64,000 bases of DNA from Thermoplasmata archaeon (lineage in GTDB: Archaea; Thermoplasmatota; Thermoplasmata; GCA-020350865). The notes under the pieces were generated by a model that saw only the letters and a program-made list of their open reading frames with translations, ran no database searches and was not told the DNA's origin. The position numbers were made by a program, and so were the translations under genes. Of this stretch, positions 60,250 to 64,000 are shown piece by piece. Location of the stretch: positions 4,032,662 through 4,096,661 of the forward strand of contig CP070751.1 in the NCBI GenBank assembly GCA_020348445.1, read 5' to 3'. The first letter of the stretch is position 1; each line of letters starts with the position of its first letter.

Positions 60250-60704
60250 TATATATGGAAATAGATAAAATACTTGAGGATATAAGGGATCTTTTTAAAT
60301 CCCAGAGATTTGCAGTTGTGGCGACCTCCAATGGGGGGCATCCTTACACGAATATAGTGTCCTTTTCATATTCAGAGGACCTAAAGTCCATACTTTTTGT
60401 GACAAAAAGAAACACGAGGAAGTTCAGGAACATAAGCAGTGAGCCAAGAACCTCTGTATTGGTGGACAACAGGAAAAACAGTCCTTCGGATCTTGCTGAA
60501 GCTTGTTTTGTTACCATCCTAGGTAAATCCAAAGAAGTTCAATTGGATAAAGATGAAAAAATTAAAAAGTTCCTTAATTTACATCCCTATATGAGTGATT
60601 TTACCAACGAACCTGATTGTGCTATTATTGAGCTGGTAGTTGACAGGTTTTTGTTTGTCAGGAATTTTCAGGATGTAGTGGAAATTGAAGCAGAGCAAAT
60701 GTAA
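60246..60704 (+). CDS. Pyridoxamine 5'-phosphate oxidase-like FMN-binding protein
   Basis: 'FAVVAT..GGHPY', 'T.KFRNI..EPR.SVLVD'. Confidence 0.85.
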   Translation: MIYMEIDKILEDIRDLFKSQRFAVVATSNGGHPYTNIVSFSYSEDLKSILFVTKRNTRKFRNISSEPRTSVLVDNRKNSPSDLAEACFVTILGKSKEVQLDKDEKIKKFLNLHPYMSDFTNEPDCAIIELVVDRFLFVRNFQDVVEIEAEQM

Positions 60705-60899
60705 GTTACACCTCTTAATTTCCCAAAAAAAAGACGTGATAAATTACCAGTTTGTAGAATAATAAATATTATATATCATCTCCAATTATGGATCATTATT
60801 TCCTTATCCACCACAACCTGATACCACATTTTCCCAAAATACTTATAGAATTAAGTCTTTGCCTATACTATATTTGTGACGATATTTTAGAGGGATAGC

Positions 60900-62069
60900 A
60901 TGCCTAGAATCGATGAGAAAAAACTAATTAATATGATAAAGGAAAAAGGACAATCCTGGAAGGCAGGCAGGACATCACTTTCAGAGCTTCCTTTCGAGGA
61001 GCAGAAAAAGCGCCTAGGACTCGCCGTAAAAAAAGAAGATTTGGAAAAGATGCGTCTGGAAATCAAGGCGGCTGTTAAGGCTTTCTCGTTTCCACAGGAA
61101 TGGGATTGGAGAAATGCACGCGGGAAAAACTGGACCACATCCATAAAGGACCAATCCTCCTGTGGATCATGCGTTTCATTTGCCGTTTGTGCAGTTATGG
61201 AATCCATGATGAAGATCGAGGAGGATAAACATGATTTGAGCATAGACCTCTCTGAAGCGCATCTCTTCTTCTGTGGATGTGGAAGATGCTGCAATACCGG
61301 CTGGACCTTTGAGCCCGCACTCGATTATGCCAAAGGCGACGGCATATCTGATGAAGCATGCTTCCCCTATAGGGCCACAGATACCAACTGTAACGAAAGA
61401 TGCAGTGATTGGGATAAGAGATCCTCGAAAATAACAGAATGGAAGAAGATAACAAATGTGAGCGAGAGAAAGAACGTGCTCTCAAGTGTAGGACCGCTTG
61501 TGGGAGGAATGGCTGTATATGAGGATTTCTTTTCCTACCGAGGCGGAGTTTACAGGCACGTTACTGGAGATTTTGCTGGATATCATGCAATTGCAATCGT
61601 GGGATTCAGCGAGAGCGAGCAGTGTTGGATCTGCAAAAACAGTTGGGGTTCTGGCTGGGGTGAGAACGGCTGGTTCAAGATAGGTTATGGTGAATGCGAT
61701 ATTGATACTACATTCCCAATGTACAGCGTCACGGGGATCGTTCCTGCACCTCCGCAACCTCCACAACCTGAATGTCTCATAGCCACTGCGGCTTATGGTT
61801 CTGTATTGTCACCTGAAGTTCAGTTTTTAAGGGACGTGAGGGACAACATCGTAAGAAAAACAGAGAAGGGAAACAAGTTCATGGACGACGCAGAATACGT
61901 CTACTACAAATTCAGCCCTCAGGTCGTTTACCACATGAAAAGGAGTAAAAACTTTAAAAAGTTTGTTCGTTGGACAGTGGTTGCCCCCTTCGTCTATTCT
62001 GTGTACGGGATTATGAGGGTATTAGTGGATGACGAGAGGTTGGACAAATACAACCTTGATGAAACATGA
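60900..62069 (+). CDS. Papain-family (C1A) cysteine protease with C-terminal CFI-box-CTERM-like domain
   Basis: QSSCGSCVSF (Cys), GYHAI (His), KNSWG (Asn); Pro-rich linker then CLIATAAYGS. Confidence 0.9.
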   Translation: MPRIDEKKLINMIKEKGQSWKAGRTSLSELPFEEQKKRLGLAVKKEDLEKMRLEIKAAVKAFSFPQEWDWRNARGKNWTTSIKDQSSCGSCVSFAVCAVMESMMKIEEDKHDLSIDLSEAHLFFCGCGRCCNTGWTFEPALDYAKGDGISDEACFPYRATDTNCNERCSDWDKRSSKITEWKKITNVSERKNVLSSVGPLVGGMAVYEDFFSYRGGVYRHVTGDFAGYHAIAIVGFSESEQCWICKNSWGSGWGENGWFKIGYGECDIDTTFPMYSVTGIVPAPPQPPQPECLIATAAYGSVLSPEVQFLRDVRDNIVRKTEKGNKFMDDAEYVYYKFSPQVVYHMKRSKNFKKFVRWTVVAPFVYSVYGIMRVLVDDERLDKYNLDET

Positions 62070-62391
62070 AGAAAAGAATTTTGGTGATCATCTGAAAATT
62101 TTATCTGAGGACGAAGAGTCCATAGAAATAGCCTGTAGCGAGGAATTCACAATCACTTTGGATTCAAATCCAACCACAGGATATGTTTGGAAGGCGGAAT
62201 TCGATGGGAATTATATTGAGCTCCTTGGAAAAACGTTTGAGCAACGATCAAGTGGGATCGGCTCAGGGGGAAAGGAGAATTTCCAATTTAAGGGGGTGAA
62301 AGATGGCGAGACAAGTATTAAAATGATATGCAAAAGAACCTGGGAAGATGAACCCATAAAGACAAAATCATTCCTGGTGAGTATTAAGTAG
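62059..62391 (+). CDS. Chagasin-family (I42) cysteine-protease inhibitor
   Basis: SNPTTGYVW and GSGG loops; overlaps the protease stop codon. Confidence 0.9.
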   Translation: MKHEEKNFGDHLKILSEDEESIEIACSEEFTITLDSNPTTGYVWKAEFDGNYIELLGKTFEQRSSGIGSGGKENFQFKGVKDGETSIKMICKRTWEDEPIKTKSFLVSIK

Positions 62392-62583
62392 ATGAAAGGG
62401 GGTCGAAACTGGGGGTTTATATATTTTTTGCAAAAAATAGCTTTTATTTATACCATTTTATTAAACTCAGCGAAATTAAAACTCGAATATCGCAGATAAC
62501 ATGTAAGAGCTATCTATTAACCAATAAATTTAAATACGTGAAAATAATTATGGTCAGGTCACCTTAAGTGTTATGGAAATAAT

Positions 62584-62809
62584 GGGCCCGTAGCTCAGCT
62601 AGGTAGAATATTATGATAAAATGGAAAAGTGTGAGCCATGAATATATTCCTAGAAAGAGCATCTGGCTTTTAACTGAACAATCTGGCGGTATAGAAAGTA
62701 GTAAGGACTAACAGCCGAGACCGGGTTTTTCGGCAGGAAACCAGGTGGTCGGGGGTTCGAAAAGTCTCGCCCCGATTGGAGCGGGAACTCGAAATTCCCC
62801 TCGGGCCCG
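62584..62809 (+). tRNA. tRNA-Lys(UUU) with three introns (20/21: 62605-62655; 37/38: 62673-62739; 59/60: 62762-62795)
   Basis: Removing the three inserts gives a 74-nt cloverleaf: GGGCCCGTAGCTCAGCTAGGT|AGAGCATCTGGCTTTTA|ACCAGGTGGTCGGGGGTTCGAA|TCCCCTCGGGCCCG. Confidence 0.9.
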
Positions 62810-62950
62810 TTTCCAAAATTCGCTGAGACGAAAGGACATGTGGTAGGAAAAGGTGTGGTGAGAAAATAGAAGTATGGTTTTGAAAAAGAGTCATGATAAC
62901 AAGATTGAAAAAACGTGGGCAGATCGATTACAAAAATAGGGGGCTTGCTA

Positions 62951-63211
62951 ATGGTAGATGTCAATGTTATGTTACATGAATTGGTACCCGAGCACACACT
63001 TCTTTCTGAAGAAGAAGCTAAGAAGGTTTTAGAAGGTTTAAAGATCAAAGTGGATCAGCTTCCCAAAATAAGAAAGGACGATCCAGTTCTTAAGATTTTG
63101 GAGATGGTGGAGGGTGAAATTACGGAAGGGCGTATCATAAAGGTCACGAGGAGGAGCGAATCTGCAGGTGTGAGTGTAGTATACAGAATGGTTGTAGAGA
63201 GGGTGAAGTAA
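62951..63211 (+). CDS. rpoH: RNA polymerase subunit Rpo5 (H)
   Basis: HELVPEH, QLPKI...DP, TRRSESAG...YR.V; start set at ATG 62951. Confidence 0.95.
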   Translation: MVDVNVMLHELVPEHTLLSEEEAKKVLEGLKIKVDQLPKIRKDDPVLKILEMVEGEITEGRIIKVTRRSESAGVSVVYRMVVERVK

Positions 63212-64000
63212 ATGCGCGAGTTAGTGGAGGCTTTTTTTAGGGAAAGAAGTATTGTGAACCATCATATCGCATCTTATAATGACTTTTTGCCCACCCCTGA
63301 TAACTTGAACAGCGGGATGCAGCGTTTGGTGGATAATATCAGGATAGGAGAGAGCGAAGATGGAAGGGGAATCATAAGACTCGAGGTGGACAAGACCAGC
63401 GGTGAAACAATCGAGATTCGAGTTGGAAGACTTAGGAATCCAAAGACAGGTGCAATCGAGCGGAATGCAAAGCCCACGGTATTTGTGGATATTCCCAAGG
63501 TAAAAGAGGCAAATGGAGCAACCCATCCCCTCACACCAATGGAAGCAAGGTTAAGAAACCTGAACTACGAGGCTCCAATATATCTTGAGTGCACAGTTGT
63601 CGAAAACGGTGTGGACAAGGAACCTGAGAGGGTTCATATCGGGAACCTACCCGTCATGGTGAAATCAAAGAAATGCAACATACACAGGGACAACATAGAT
63701 AGCGAAGTTGAGCTTGCGGACGAGGAATACATAAAGCATCTGATTGGGGTTGGAGAAGATCCCTTGGATCCTGGCGGTTATTTCATAATCGGTGGAACCG
63801 AGAGGGCATTAATCTCATTGGAAGATTTAGCACCCAATAGGGTGATGGTGGAGTACAACGAGCGGTACGGACATAGGATGGAGGTGGCCAAGGTCTTTTC
63901 CCAGAGAGAGGGATATCGCGCCCTGACCTTGGTTGAGAAAAAGAGAGATGGAATGCTCATGGTCTCTGTACCAGCTGCCTCTGGTCAAATACCATTGGTT
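63212..64000 (+). CDS. rpoB: RNA polymerase subunit Rpo2 (B), 5' part; runs off the window
   Basis: HHIASYNDF, PMEARLRNLNYEAP, IGNLPVMVKS, DPLDPGGYFIIGGTER; not in the ORF track. Confidence 0.97.
   Translation, partial: MRELVEAFFRERSIVNHHIASYNDFLPTPDNLNSGMQRLVDNIRIGESEDGRGIIRLEVDKTSGETIEIRVGRLRNPKTGAIERNAKPTVFVDIPKVKEANGATHPLTPMEARLRNLNYEAPIYLECTVVENGVDKEPERVHIGNLPVMVKSKKCNIHRDNIDSEVELADEEYIKHLIGVGEDPLDPGGYFIIGGTERALISLEDLAPNRVMVEYNERYGHRMEVAKVFSQREGYRALTLVEKKRDGMLMVSVPAASGQIPLV

Noticed and set aside
62650-63048. Minus-strand ORFs (132 aa and 74 aa)
   Set aside because: They overlap the intron-containing tRNA-Lys and rpoH and have no protein motifs.

Overview
Archaeal chromosome segment, most likely Thermoplasmatota (inferred from the Rpo2 N-terminus MRELVEAFFRERSIVNHHIASYNDF, the EF-2/S7/S12 sequences and GGAGGT-type RBSs). 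Housekeeping genes: rps12-rps7-fusA, a GPN GTPase, ether-lipid UbiA/GGR genes and rpo5-rpo2. Also present: several giant surface proteins, a type IV pilus locus (1624-aa pilin-like adhesin, two ATPases, two platform proteins), a carotenoid/UV-repair cluster (crtZ, crtY, crtI, crtB, DUF523/DUF1722, uvsE) and a papain-chagasin pair. The most unusual items are: (1) a tRNA-Lys(UUU) interrupted by three BHB-type introns (20/21, 37/38, 59/60); (2) an array of six ~74-bp covarying hairpin units directly 3' of an intron-containing tRNA-Pro(GGG), four of which end in a copy of the tRNA 3' end; (3) an McrBC-like pair in which McrB is TPR-EVE-(degenerate GTPase)-(intact GTPase) and the McrC-like partner appears to lack its PD-(D/E)xK catalytic residues; (4) probable non-canonical start codons (CTG in rps12, ATA in a pilin). 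All calls come from reading motifs by eye; no database searches were run.
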